This document shows positions 12,686-25,160 of a DNA stretch of 64,000 bases, in pieces. Made by a program: the position numbers and the translations under genes. A model generated the notes under the pieces. That model was not told the origin of the DNA. It worked only from the letters and a program-made list of their open reading frames with translations, and made no database searches. Within the stretch, counting starts at the first letter, position 1, and every line of letters begins with the position of its first letter. Source of the stretch: Haliotis cracherodii (taxonomy: Eukaryota); contig NW_027266271.1 in the NCBI RefSeq assembly GCF_022045235.1, positions 29,574,001-29,638,000 on the forward strand. Direction: 5' to 3'.

Positions 12686-13460
12686 CGTACACCAAATGTC
12701 GTCCTCCACACTGTACGTGATGTTCACCAAAAGTCGTCCTCCAGACTGTTCGTGATGTTCACCAAAAGTCGTCCTCCACACTGTACGTGATGTTCACCAA
12801 AAGTCGTCCTCCACACTGTACGTGATGTTCACCAACTGTCGTCCTCCACACTGTACGTGATGTTCACCAAATGTCGTCCTCCACACTGTACGTGATGTTC
12901 ACCAACTGTCGTCCTCCACACTGTACGTGATGTTCACCAAATGTCGTCCTCCACACTGTACGTGATGTTCACCAAAAGTCGTCCTCCACACTGTTCGTGA
13001 TGTTCACCAACTGTCGTCCTCCACACTGTACGTGATGTTCACCAAAAGTCGTCCTCCACACTGTACGTGATGTTCACCAACTGTCGTCCTCCACACTGTA
13101 CGTGATGTTCACCAAATGTCGTCCTCCACACTGTACGTGATGTTCACCAACTGTCGCCCTCCACACTGTACGTGATGTTCACCAAATGTCGCCCTCCACA
13201 CTGTACGTGATGTTCACCAAATGTCGTCCTCCACACTGTACGTGATGTTCACTAACAGTCGTCCTCCACACTGTACGTGATGTTCACCAAAAGTCGTCCT
13301 CCACACTGTACGTGATGTTCACCAACTGTCGTCCTCCACACTGTACGTGATGTTCACTAACAGTCGCCCTCCACGCTGTACGCGATGTTCACCAAATGTC
13401 GTCCTCCACACTGTACGCGATGTTCACCAACTGTCGTCCTCCACACTGCACGCGATGCAT
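12686..13460. repeat. 35-bp tandem minisatellite
   Basis: CCACACTGTACGTGATGTTCACCAAMWGTCGTCCT, ~22 copies. Confidence 0.96.
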
Positions 13461-13776
13461 TCGATAGACACGCGACACCGCAAGGTCGTTTCACCTATCA
13501 TCTTCCGTCTAACGACAGATCTAGTTTGTGCATCGTGATGTTTAAGAGCAACAAATATCAGCTCTGGCTTAAATAGGATGTATTGAAACCGGACATTATC
13601 TTAAGATAGTGGGATTACCATCGCAGCGCTATTTAGAGACTGGAGTTCTCAGGAAATATATAGTATCATAAGGAAGTGAACTCAACGGTCAACAATGTTC
13701 CTGTAATATCATGGCGGTCTGAAAACAATAGAGCCTTGAGCAGAGAAACAAATAACTGAAAAAATAACCAATGGGT

Positions 13777-14392
13777 ACACGCCGTCAAGGCAAGATGACA
13801 CGCCGTCAGGGCAACATGAAAAGCCATCAGGGCAACATGACACACCGTCGGGGGAAAATGACACGCTGTCAGGGTAACATGACACGCCATCAGGGCAAGA
13901 TGACAAGTCGTCAGGGGAAGATGACACGCCGTCAGGGCAACATGACAAACCATCAAAACAGGATGACAAGTCGTAAGGGGAAGATGGCATGCTGTCAGGG
14001 CAACATGACACGCCATCAGGGCAAGATGACAAGTCGTCAGGGCAACATGACACGCCGTCAGGGGAAAATGACACGCTGTCAGGGCAAGATGACAAGCCAT
14101 CAGGGCAACATGACACGCCATCAGGGCAACATGACAAGACGACAGGGGAAAATGACACGCCATCGGGGCAACCTGACATGCCATCAGGGCAACATGACAA
14201 GTCGTCAGGGGAAATGACACGCCATAAGGGCGAGATGACACGCCATCAGGGCAAGATGACAAGTCGTCAGGGGAAGATGACACGCCGTCAGGGCAACATG
14301 ACACGCCATAAGGGCAACTTGACACGCCATCACGGCAAGATGACAAGTCGTCAGGGGAAGATGACAAGTCGTCAGGGCAACATGACAAGTCG
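13777..14392. repeat. 21-bp tandem minisatellite
   Basis: CAGGGCAASATGACACGCCRT variants; 7-aa periodic ORFs. Confidence 0.95.
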
Positions 14393-14447
14393 TATAGTTT
14401 TTTTGTGCATGAGTCAGTTCAACAAGGAACGGAGGTGTATATTAACT

Positions 14448-15015
14448 TTGTTTAACCTTGCTAGCAACTGAAGTATATATTGACGTTGTTTAACATTGCT
14501 AGCAACTGAAGTATATATTGACGTTGTTTAACATTGCTAGTAACTGAAGTATATATTGACGTTGTTTAACCTCGCTAGCAACTGAAGTATATATTGACGT
14601 TGTTTAACCTACCTAGCAACTGAAGTATATATTGACGTTGTTTAACCTAGCTAGCAACTGAAGTATGTATTGACGTTGTTTAACCTCGCTACCAACTGAA
14701 GTATATATTGACGTGGTTTAACATTGCTAGCAACTGAAGTATGTATTGACGTTGTTTAACCTCGCTAGCAACTGAAGTATGTATTGACGTTGTTTAACCT
14801 TGCTAGCAACTGAAGTATATATTGACGTTGTTTAACCTTGCTAGCAACTGAAGTATATATTGACGTTGTTTAACCTCGCTAGCAACTGAAGTATGTATTG
14901 ACGTTGTTTAACCTACCCAGCAACTGAAGTTTATATTGACGTTGTTTAACCTAGCTAGCAACTGAAATATGTATTGACGTTGTTTAACCTTGCTAGCAAC
15001 TGATGTTTATATTGA
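14448..15015. repeat. 38-bp tandem minisatellite
   Basis: CTAGCAACTGAAGTATATATTGACGTTGTTTAACCTTG, ~15 copies. Confidence 0.96.
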
Positions 15016-15024
15016 AATTGCCAC

Positions 15025-15510
15025 AACTGCGATGGAAACACGTTTGGTTTAGTGACGAATCATGTTTTATGCTTCGCCGTGCGGATGTTAGACTGACAAC
15101 AGCCTTCAACTGAAATAACAACATCCAAGTTCTGTCTTGGTCCTCCAGATCTCCAGATCTAAAACCAATTTAAACTGGATTAACGACTGCGAGCACGTCA
15201 GCAACAACCCCAGAACCTCCGACCGTTGGCCGAGCACTGCAGGCAGAATGAGTAAACATTCGGCGTCTGATTACTTCCATGGGACGACGATGCCAGTCAG
15301 TTTTGGACTCTAACGATGGCCATACAAAATATTGATAGATAACCTTCACCTTGAAAATCCACTGTTCCATACGTGCAATATGGAACCTCGGTCAATGACA
15401 ATGGTGTGTGCCAATTTTGAACAATCGATTCCATCTGCTTATTATTTAAACGATATATAAAATATATATCTAAAATTACTTTTGCGGGGTTTTTTTGCGA
15501 GTATGTGTAG
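15025..15510 (+). mobile_element. Internally deleted Tc1/mariner remnant
   Basis: Fragments translate WKHVWFSDESCF and WSSRSPDLKPI (Tc1 DDE motifs), with most of the intervening sequence missing. Confidence 0.7.
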
Positions 15511-15989
15511 AAAGGGTACTGTTTTTAAGTGTAAATAAGGTTTTATGCTGCTGAAACTTAAGTTATTATCTATTCCTTTCTTTCCAAATGAGAATGTTGA
15601 TGCGTTGTAGAGATGTTTTGACCCGAATACATGACAGTTCTCGCCAAGTGGCTAGTTAATAGGACTTTTAATTATTTCAGGCCTCATGGAGATTGCTCCT
15701 ACTTGTGGTTTGCAACCCAGTCAGGCAATACAAACTGTAGTGAGGTCGGGCACAGTGCTAGACGACTGGGGCATGTGCATAGTTGGCGATAGTTTGGTGA
15801 AGACTCCAAGCTTGTGTGAAACACTGCCGTGTTCACTATATTATTTTACATAAAGTGAAACAAAGCTGTCCTGACTATTCCATTTAACCTTGTGTGAAGC
15901 AGTACTATTGATCTTGATAATGGACTCAAGCGAAAGGGCTTCACGTCTTTGAAAGGCATTTAGAAGTGACATTAGGAAGATACTATTTG

Positions 15990-16595
15990 TATGTCAACTT
16001 CTTTATTATTGGATATATATGGGAGAACCAATATGTTATTTGCCCCGAATCATTTATTTCCGAATGTGACGATCGGTTAAAATTTGCTTACGAACAGGAT
16101 TGGCATTGGTCTTTAGCAAATAGTTCTAAAATGTTCCATTATACACTTTTCAAAAATTCATTTAGTCTAGAGTTGTATTTGTCTGCTATGACTATCGACA
16201 AATTTCGTGTTGCACTAGCCCAGTTTCGCTGTAGCTCCACGCTCTCCACATTGAGACTGGTAGATACGTTAATACTCCACGTGAGCAGAGATTGTGCAAT
16301 AGTTGCAACCAAAGATATTTCGAGAATGAATATCATTTTTTTATTAATTTGTAACGCTTATAGTGAACCTCGTCTTAAGTATTTACCACAGAAGTATTTT
16401 GTACATCCTACTCTTGCTAAATTCAATACGCTTATGGCGGTGAACAATGAAACTGTTATTAGAAATGTTGCAACTTTTATATACCATGCTATGAATGTTA
16501 GACTCCAAACACTAAGCCTATAAATGTTAATGCTGGACCAAATAGTGTACCATGGGCCGCTGGCCCACACATGTACATGAATAAAGAATTGAACT
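15990..16595 (+). mobile_element. 5'-truncated LINE 3' end (CR1/L2-group-like)
   Basis: Frameshifted ORF2 C-terminus (FRVALAQFRCSS..., HFLLIC-type region); 3' GGGCC-NN-TGGCCC hairpin plus AATAAA, as in the 50345-51960 element. Confidence 0.75.
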
Positions 16596-16606
16596 TCTTT
16601 ATTATG

Positions 16607-16715
16607 AGGAACACAACGTTTGGGAGTAAGTGCCACCTGATGAAGGAGCAACATATACTCCGAAATGTTGTGCTCTTCATGATAACGAAGTTGACATCCA
16701 TATATTCTCTTCCTC
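16607..16715 (+). mobile_element. Penelope-like terminal fragment with inverted arm and hammerhead-like core
   Basis: CACAACGTTT-GGGAGTA ... CTGATGA-A-GGAG(loop)CTCC-GAAA-TGTTGTG; second copy at 49734. Confidence 0.55.
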
Positions 16716-17303
16716 AAAAGAGTTTCCTTTATTTGTAATATGTACTGACTTTTCTTGTAATTAGTTCTGCTTTTGATATGTGACAACAGCGTTCCACCAA
16801 TGGTTGAATTAAAAAAGGCGCTCCTGGAGAAGATCTTGGGGGCGCGGCATCCAAATGATGTTTATGATAAACTGGAGACTGAAGTGTGGGTAACCACCAT
16901 ATCGGTAGAGGAGAATACCATTTCAGAGGAGAACAGAAGACTATTAACTCTTTTGCTGGTCATGACATAGACTAACGTTGCGTGTCTGAAACTATATGAT
17001 TTGGATCGAAACAAGCAACTACATTTAAATTGAAAAGGAGCCCTGAATTGGGAACCTGAACCTAGACTTGCTTTATTCAGGGTTTTGGCATTACAGTAAG
17101 GGCTGGGCAAAAGGAAAAGGACATGGTTCAGGGGCGGTGCGAGAGACTAGTAATGACACTACTCCGTTAATTAAATAACAGAAACATATGTCTTCTGTAC
17201 TGAGGTCACGTAAGCACATCACATAAACGGACAACGTCATTGTGTAGGGAAATACTGTGTTTTAATACAGCAGCAGACAGGCACTCCGTGATACTCAGGT
17301 CTG

Positions 17304-17554
17304 TCAGTCACTTCGAAGCAGGTAGCCGGAGAACTGCGTTCGCGCTCCACTTGAAATGGGGGTGGCGCCGCCATGGAGGGTCTTCCTGACGAGCACGTGT
17401 TCTCCGGCGTTGACGTGGAAGATGGCGCTCGTGAACTTGCTGCTCCACATACGTTGAATGGACAGCTCCGACTTGACGACGCCCTCGCACACCAAGCAGA
17501 AGACAAACCCGCCAGCGCCGGATGATTCCAGCTGAACTTTGAACTCGTAATACC
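17304..17554 (-). CDS. Secreted C1q-domain protein, exon 3 (gene total 153 aa)
   Basis: CTGCAG acceptor; GYYEFKVQLES...SAIFHVNAGEHVLV...TQFSGYLLRSD*; exons sum to 462 nt. Confidence 0.88.
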
Positions 17555-17894
17555 CTGCAGGAATTGAACAAAAAGAAAATGTGAGAAAGTTACACGTCCG
17601 ACGGTTTGTTACATACACAGAGATGATGGGGTGATCAATAACATTTAACTGACTCTCCCTTCCCTTGTATCGCATAATTCCGAGATAACGTCATTTGATT
17701 TACTATGGGGTCGTTAAGAAACCTGTGAACCGTAACAGATTCCAAGGTACTAGAATGAAAATTAAATCAACCTGCCTTGGAACGGTATACACCATTTGGC
17801 AGGCCGTCAGGTAGTGACTCGTCATGTAGCTGAAATATTGCTGAGTGCGGCGTTAAACAACAGACAACCATACCTGTGTCTTGTCCTATAAAAT

Positions 17895-18545
17895 ACCATT
17901 TAGCATGCAAGGTCAACATCTAAGGAAACATCACTTTTCCTTCAACAAATGTCCCTGTGAAAGTAAGTTACCATTTAACATGTAAGGTCAACATCTAACG
18001 AAACATCACTTTTCCTTCAACAAATGTCCCTGTGACAGTAAGTTACCATTCAACATGTAAGGTCAACATCTAAGGAAACATCACTTTTCCTTCAACAAAT
18101 GTCCCTGTGAAAGTAAGTTACCATTCAACATGTAAGGTCAACATCTAAGGAAACATCACTTTTCCTTCAACAAATATCCCTGTGACAGTAAGTTACCATT
18201 TAACATGTAAGGTCAACATCTAACGAAACATCACTTTTCCTTCAACGAATGTCCCTGTTACAGTAAGTTACCATTCAACATGTAAGGTCAACATCTAACG
18301 AAACATCGCTTTTTCCTTCAACAAATGTCCCTGTGAAAGTAAGTTACCATTTAACATGTAAGGTCAACATCTAAGGAAACATCACTTTTCCTTCAACAAG
18401 TGTCCCTGTTACAGTAAGTTACCATTCAACATGTAAGGTCAACATCTGACGAAACATCACTTTTCCTTCAACAAATGTCCCTATGACAGTAAGTTACCAT
18501 TCAACATGTAAGGACAACCATGTACGGTCAGCATCTAAAGAAACA
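17895..18545. repeat. 75-bp tandem minisatellite in C1q intron 2
   Basis: GTAAGTTA recurs at 17963, 18038 and onward; ~8 copies, ending near the exon-2 donor. Confidence 0.93.
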
Positions 18546-18555
18546 TGACATCTAC

Positions 18556-18696
18556 CTGACACTGGGGCATGGAACACTCCGGAGGTTGGATTGTACCCCT
18601 TCCCGATGTTTGCTTCGCATTTGTCAAATATCACCGTGCTGTGAATCCCAAAGGTTTTGCCCTTGGACAGCGACGCTTTGAAGTAAACCAAACGGC
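18556..18696 (-). CDS. Secreted C1q-domain protein, exon 2
   Basis: TTTTCAG acceptor; RLVYFKASL...VIFDKCEANIGKGYNPTSGVFHAPVSG; donor G|GTAGA; phase 1/1. Confidence 0.88.
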
Positions 18697-19051
18697 CTGA
18701 AAATAAAACATGCCGATTGTACGTTTCGTTTAGGGTCAGTTTGTAAAGGACATCCATTGCGTTGGAAAGTGTATGTTGTTGTGGGTCAGTTTGTAAAGGA
18801 CATCCATTGCGTTGGAAAGTGTATGTTGTTGTTTTTACAAAAACCCTGCTGCTTTGAGTATGTAAGAGAATATTTATATGTGTCGAGGCACTTGCAGCAT
18901 ATGCGGGAATATTTACATGTACCGAGGCACTTGCAGCATGTAAAAAAGATTTTAAATGTGTCGATGCACTTCCATTATTCATTCAAACGAGACACCATGA
19001 CAGGCATTAACATGAAGTTAACACAAGTTTCAAATTCTACGAAGCACTAAC

Positions 19052-19121
19052 CTTTGTGTTCCTGGGCGTCATGGCATAGCACCGTACAGAAAAACATGAG
19101 AGTGTATACACTGAAACCCAT
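19052..19121 (-). CDS. Secreted C1q-domain protein, exon 1 (signal peptide)
   Basis: ATG at 19121, MGFSVYTLMFFCTVLCHDAQEHK, donor G|GTTAGT, phase 1 matching exon 2. Confidence 0.75.
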
Positions 19122-19429
19122 GACGTGTGTCACTGATCACTGCACTATATCTGTGTGGGATTTGCTATGACTTTACATAGACATATTGCAAGTGATTCCA
19201 TAGCATTTGATTATCTAACCAATCACTTTTGTTTACGTTCATGTTCCGTAAATCTAAAATATTTAGTCCACGCCCACTAGCGACTAGCGGACAGCTGTTT
19301 CCGGACTGGCTAATAATAGAATGGTATATTTTTCTGTTTAAAATGTATTTAAAATGTATGGAAACGTCCTGGGAGCCCTGTCAAAGAGCAGAAGAAAATA
19401 TAAGTTGTGATTATATGATAATTATTAAA

Positions 19430-20170
19430 TTACAATATGACACCGTCATACCTTAAAGATCTAGTACCTCAACATGGCGGGGACAACGTAACACACAACC
19501 TCAGAGCTGCTCATAATATATTTTAGCTATGCCTTTATTACGTTAATTCTTTTCTGAATCCTCGTTTATACCATCATCTTTTAAATTGTGGGACACATTA
19601 CTTATTCAACAAAGGAAGATTTAAACCTACTTTCGATCTTAATCCAGAACAAAAAGAACAAATAAATCTACAGACCCTTATTTCTCATATGTTCTCAGAA
19701 AAAATACATACAAAATATAGACATGATGATAGTGAATTAAAAAAATGATTTAGAAAAAGTTTAAACGGGAATCCTAAATGCCGATGTGGCAACCCATTTG
19801 AAAATTCACATCATTTGTTTTCATAAAGTGTACATTTTTTAAATTGGTTAGAAACGAACTGATGCACTCACTATTGTTAATTGTGAAAGATACTTGTGAT
19901 GTAAATATTGACCTGGTGCTAGTTGGTAATGCAGTTTTACCTAATCACGATAACATTTTCAGGAATGCACATACATCTATAATGAAAACAAAATAGGTTT
20001 GAGGGAGCAATGTTAATGTACATACGTTTTTCTGTTTCTCTTCAATTCCCTTCTGTCGTGTAATTTATAAATTGTAAATGTGCATAGATGTAAATCTATG
20101 GAAGAGGGCGTTCTGATAGCCTGTGCCCTAACCTTTTCATGAGGATAAATTATGTTTAAACTAAAACTAA
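19430..20170 (+). mobile_element. Highly degraded LINE 3' remnant
   Basis: Residual PKCRCGNPFENSHHL Cys/His motif typical of ORF2 C-termini; many stops. Confidence 0.4.
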
Positions 20171-20484
20171 ACATAGAAAGCTCGGGGTGTGTGATGCATT
20201 CTGTCACTGCATTATGTGATGTATCTCGTATTGTTGTCTACAGTTGTTTTGTATTGATGATTAAATAAGCAGACTGTGAAGTTGTTATTGTTGACTTATC
20301 TCGTTATAAGAATTTACTTCAGTAATACATTTGCACCTTTGGAGATATAGATACGAACAACGGTGTACCCACTGTGCCTGGCTTAGATAAATATCTCCTA
20401 TAACTCACGAGGTGAGAAAGGTTTGAGAAGGTTTTCATTTGTGGGTTGGTATTTACTTTGCAGTTTACGTTCATTGTTCTTGTT

Positions 20485-22447
20485 TTGAGGGGTTTCATAT
20501 TGTTCATAGTGCTTGCTTACCCTTGAGGGGTTTCATATTGTTCATAGTGCTTGCTTACCCTTGAGGGGTTTCATATTGTTCATAGTGCTTGCTTACCCTT
20601 GAGGGGTTTCATATTGTTTATAGTGCTTGCTCACCCTTGAGGGGTTTCATATTGTTCGTAGTGCTTGTTTACCCTTGAGGGGTTTCATATTGTTCATAGT
20701 GCTTGCTCACCCTTGAGGGGTTTCATATTGTTCGTAGTGCTTGTTCACCCTTGAGGGGTTTCATATTGTTCGTAGTGCTTGTTTACCCTTGAGGGGTTTC
20801 ATATTGTTCATAGTGCTTGCTTACCCTTGAGGGGTTTCATATTGTTCATAGTGCTTGCTTACCCTTGAGGGGTTTCATATTGCTCGTAGTGCTTGCTTAC
20901 CCTTGAGGGGTTTCATATTGTTCGTAGTGCTTGTTTAGCCTTGAGGGGTTTCATATTGTTCATAGTGCTTGCTTACCCTTGAGGGGTTTCATATTGTTCG
21001 TAGTGCTTGTTTAGCCTTGAGGGGTTTCATATTGTTCATAGTGCATATTGTGGTTTGAGGTTTTCATTTGTGGGTTGGTATTCACTTTGCAGTTTACGTT
21101 CATTGTTCTTGTTTTGAGGGGTTTCATATTGTTCAAAGTGCTTGCTTACCCTTGAGGGGTTTCATATTGTTCATAGTGCTTGCTTACCCTTGAGGGGTTT
21201 CATATTGTTCATAGTGCTTGCTTACCCTTGAGGGGTTTCATATTGTTCGTAGTGCTTGCTTACCCTTGAGGGGTTTCATATTGTTCGTAGTGCTTGTTTA
21301 CCCTTGAGGGGTTTCATATTGTTCATAGTGCTTGTTTACCCTTGAGGGGTTTCATATTGTTCGTAGTGCTTGTTTACCCTTGAGGGGTTTCATATTGTTC
21401 GTACTGCTTGCCTACCCTTGAGGGGTTTCATATTGTTCATAGTGCTTGTTTACCCTTGAGGGGTTTCATATTGTTCGTACTGCTTGCCTACCCTTGAGGG
21501 GTTTCATATTGTTCATAGTGCTTGCTTACCCTTGAGGGGTTTCATATTGCTCGTAGTGCTTGCTTACCCTTGAGGGGTTTCATATTGTTCATAGTGCTTG
21601 CTTACCCTTGAGGGGTTTCATATTGTTCATAGTGCTTGCTTACCCTTGAGGGGTTTCATATTGTTCATAGTGCTTGCCTTCCTTGAGGGGTTTCATATTG
21701 TTCATAGTGCTTGCCTACCCTTGAGGGGTTTCATATTGTTCGTAGTGCTTGCTTACCCTTGAGGGGTTTCATATTGTTCATAGTGCTTGCTTACCCTTGA
21801 GGGGTTTCATATTGTTCGTACTGCTTGCCTACCCTTGAGGGGTTTCATATTGTTCGTAGTGCTTGCTTACCCTTGAGGGGTTTCATATTGTTCATAGTGC
21901 TTGCTTACCCTTGAGGGGTTTCATATTGTTCATAGTGCTTGCTTACCCTTGAGGGGTTTCATATTGTTCATAGTGCTTGCCTTCCCTTGAGGGGTTTCAT
22001 ATTGTTCATAGTGCTTGCCTACCCTTGAGGGGTTTCATATTGTTCGTAGTGCTTGCTTACCCTTGAGGGGTTTCATATTGTTCATAGTGCTTGTTTACCC
22101 TTGAGGGGTTTCATATTGTTCGTACTGCTTGCCTACCCTTGAGGGGTTTCATATTGTTCATAGTGCTTGCTTACCCTTGAGGGGTTTCATATTGCTCGTA
22201 GTGCTTGCTTACCCTTGAGGGGTTTCATATTGTTCATAGTGCTTGCTTACCCTTGAGGGGTTTCATATTGTTCATAGTGCTTGCTTACCCTTGAGGGGTT
22301 TCATATTGTTCATAGTGCTTGCCTTCCCTTGAGGGGTTTCATATTGTTCATAGTGCTTGCCTACCCTTGAGGGGTTTCATATTGTTCGTAGTGCTTGCTT
22401 ACCCTTGAGGGGTTTCATATTGCTCGTAGTGCTTGCTTACCCTTGAA
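20485..22447. repeat. 38-bp tandem minisatellite (two sub-arrays)
   Basis: TTGAGGGGTTTCATATTGTTCRTAGTGCTTGCTTACCC, ~50 copies; unique leader repeated at ~21057-21115. Confidence 0.97.
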
Positions 22448-22904
22448 GGGTTGGGCTTACTAACAACAGCATTTTCATGGTTTTCTTTGTGCAGAGCCCT
22501 GTTACACAGATTTCAGAAAAGCTTGGGACATGGAGAACGACATCTGGCTGGGTTGGGTCTGTGGGGTCACCCCGGGGTGGCGTCTGTGGGGTGGGACTGG
22601 GGCTGGCCTCGTCGTGAGATAGTGGTGAACCATGCATCGATATTAAATTTGTAAGGAAGTAAACTGCCACCCACAAGGCTACCCGACCGCCCCAAATAGG
22701 ATTAGGATCAGGATGTGTACTATACAGTAGGCTGGTTGAAGCTGATTTACGACTGACGTGGTATGACACACGCGTGTTATCCCGGATCGGATGTTTTGAT
22801 ACTTAATAAAATAACTTTTCAGAAAAATGTTTCACAGAGTTGTCTTCGTTGAACATACTGTCATTGACACATGGCAATATTAGATTGTTGATCTGAACAA
22901 GATA

Positions 22905-22985
22905 GAGGTGGGGTGAGGTGAAATTGGGTTTAACGTAGCGTCAAAGATTATTGCACTCATATAGCGACGTGCATTCACGTGTGTG

Positions 22986-23033
<48 letters not shown>

Positions 23034-23135
23034 CTTGTCCGGACTGGTGCCAATTTATAGTGCTATCACACTGAGATACCATGCCGCAGTTTATCATGAA
23101 TACCCCATTCAGACACAGTATACTGACACCGAGCC
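22905..23135 (-). mobile_element. 5'-truncated MetaSINE-like element (family C) with expanded (GT)n
   Basis: Matches the 56735-56925 part of the full-length copy. Confidence 0.75.
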
Positions 23136-23603
23136 TATATATGTCTACAAAATATGATATAAAATACAAATAGACAATGCTTGATTCAGTGAGGCAATCT
23201 AGAATACCAAATAGTTCTAGAATTGAGTTGGATTTATTTCTTAATTCATTCGATGGGATCTAGGGGACAGTCCAGACGCAACACCTGTTGGGGCTACCGT
23301 CACACATGCCGTGAGCGGTGGTGGTAGGAACTGAGAGCGTATTGTGAGTGTTCCAATCACCGTCACAGATGTCGCTGATCGAGTAGACGGTGTAATGAGA
23401 GAGGTGTTACATCCTTGACGAACTGATCAGATATCAGATTTATCCCATATGTATGTTGGATGACATTTGAAAACAAGAAAAAGCACTTGTTCAATTTTAG
23501 AAAGGCAACATTGTATGATTATTATGTTTGATAGAAGAGCATCGGCGCAATAATAATGATGATGATAATAATAATAATAATGATAATAATAATAATAATA
23601 ATA

Positions 23604-24240
23604 TTTTGTGAGTGGATGGCCAGCTTTGGCACAAACACAGTATCTTAAACGACATGATGGTGTAGCTCGATCGTTTGATTACCGTCTTCGCCATGCTGGT
23701 GGTTGTGACACTGAGGTCCATCCATGGTACGACTCGGAATATGTAGAGGGCGTCATGGAAAATGACAAATACAATATTCTTTGGAATAGGCCCATTTACA
23801 GCCTTAGACGTATCCAGGCCGACAAACCTGATCTTTTGCTTTTTGATAAATCCAATGATTGTATTTTCTGTCCCTTTTGACACTAATGTGATTGACAAGA
23901 TTGAGGAAAAATATGGCAAATATACTTTCGAAATGTCACGCTTGCATCCCAAGTACCAAGTTGTCCGACTCCCCATTTTTCTCGGTGCCTTAGGTTTGGT
24001 ACCTCCCAATCTGTTGACTTTGGGAGAGTACCCAGGTTTACTACCAGGAATACAGCCTTCTGACAATCTGGGTAACGCAGAAGGCTGCAGTGTTGGGGAG
24101 TCTTCACATTCTCCGAAAAGTTCTGGGTGGGTTTGACTAGGCAGCGCTTCCTGGGCCCTGAGTTGATGATGAGCCTAACCAGCCTGACTGTGCCAGGATC
24201 CCCCAAACCCTCTTTGCTGCATTTTTTATTTTAATCTGTA
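23604..24240 (+). mobile_element. R4/Dong-clade non-LTR retrotransposon 3' fragment (restriction-like endonuclease)
   Basis: YLKRHDGVAR...KPDLLLFDK...PFDTNVIDKIEEKYGKY (RHD, PD..D..K motifs; frameshifted); flanked by (TAA)n on both sides. Confidence 0.8.
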
Positions 24241-24251
24241 AATAATAATAA

Positions 24252-24286
<35 letters not shown>

Positions 24287-24364
24287 AGTCCATTCATACT
24301 GCGCCAGATTCCATTCACCAAGTTAATGCTCATGTTGCTACATAGTTTTAGCAAATAATGCCAA

Positions 24365-24455
24365 ATACCTCAGCGAAACCTCACTGCGATTGTCAACTAT
24401 TTTGGCCGCCAGGAGGTAGCATCGCGGTCGCATTGTCTGTGTGACTCAGGCTTAA
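24365..24455. mobile_element. Terminus of a non-autonomous DNA element (TIR AAGCCTSAGTSACACAGACAATGCGACCGCGAT)
   Basis: Reverse complement of 25161-25195; subterminal sequence matches 25885-25940. Confidence 0.55.
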
Positions 24456-24660
24456 CCAAGAGAGTAGAAATAACTGGACCATTGATGGGCATGACAACTA
24501 AATACAACTACAGTAGACTACGGATATAACAAACTCAAAGGGAGCTCTAATTCTAGTTCGTTATAACCGTAGTTCGAAATAAGCATGTATACAGTATATA
24601 TACAGCAAATGGGACCATAAAAGACAGTTCCTTATATCCGTCAGTTCGTTAAAAGCGTGT

Positions 24661-25125
24661 CAATCAATCAATTAGTTTATTCGGTAATAAGGCCTCAGGC
24701 CCACGTACAGATATATACAGATTAGTTTCACATCTAGTGCTGCATGAAATAATATTTACAGGTAAGAAGAACAGATAGCATTTTTAACATAATTGGCTAA
24801 GTTCTCAAGGCGGTTTACATCAGAAGAGTTTAACATTCTAACCAGTGTGTCTTTACGATTATTACCAGTAATGAAGTCTAAATATGGGAAATATTTTGAG
24901 CGAATATCTTCATAAATAGGACAAACAAGAATGAAATGAATTTCATTTTCAACTGCCCTTAACACAATGGACAAAACCGGAGTGTCTTATCGATGCCATC
25001 CCTCCTTCCTATGTTATGCATAATTCCCAGTTCTCCAATACGTAAAAGGGTAAGCATACGTCGCTTTTCTTTTGATAATATATTTCATAGATATGGTTCA
25101 AGTGATAATGATGTCTTAAATAATG
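24661..25125 (-). mobile_element. LINE 3' fragment (same group as 50345-51960)
   Basis: ENEIHFILVCPIY motif; 3' GGGCC-TGA-GGCC, AATAAA, (ATTG)n tail. Confidence 0.75.
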
Positions 25126-25160
25126 AATACACTTATAAGCGTGTCCGTTATAAACGTAGT

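Noticed and set aside
13666-14471. Cys-rich or periodic ORFs
   Set aside because: Products of the 21-bp minisatellite
12686-15015. 35-38-bp repeats resembling CRISPR arrays (also 20485-22447 and 62710-64000)
   Set aside because: Units are directly tandem with no unique spacers, there are no cas genes, and the context is eukaryotic
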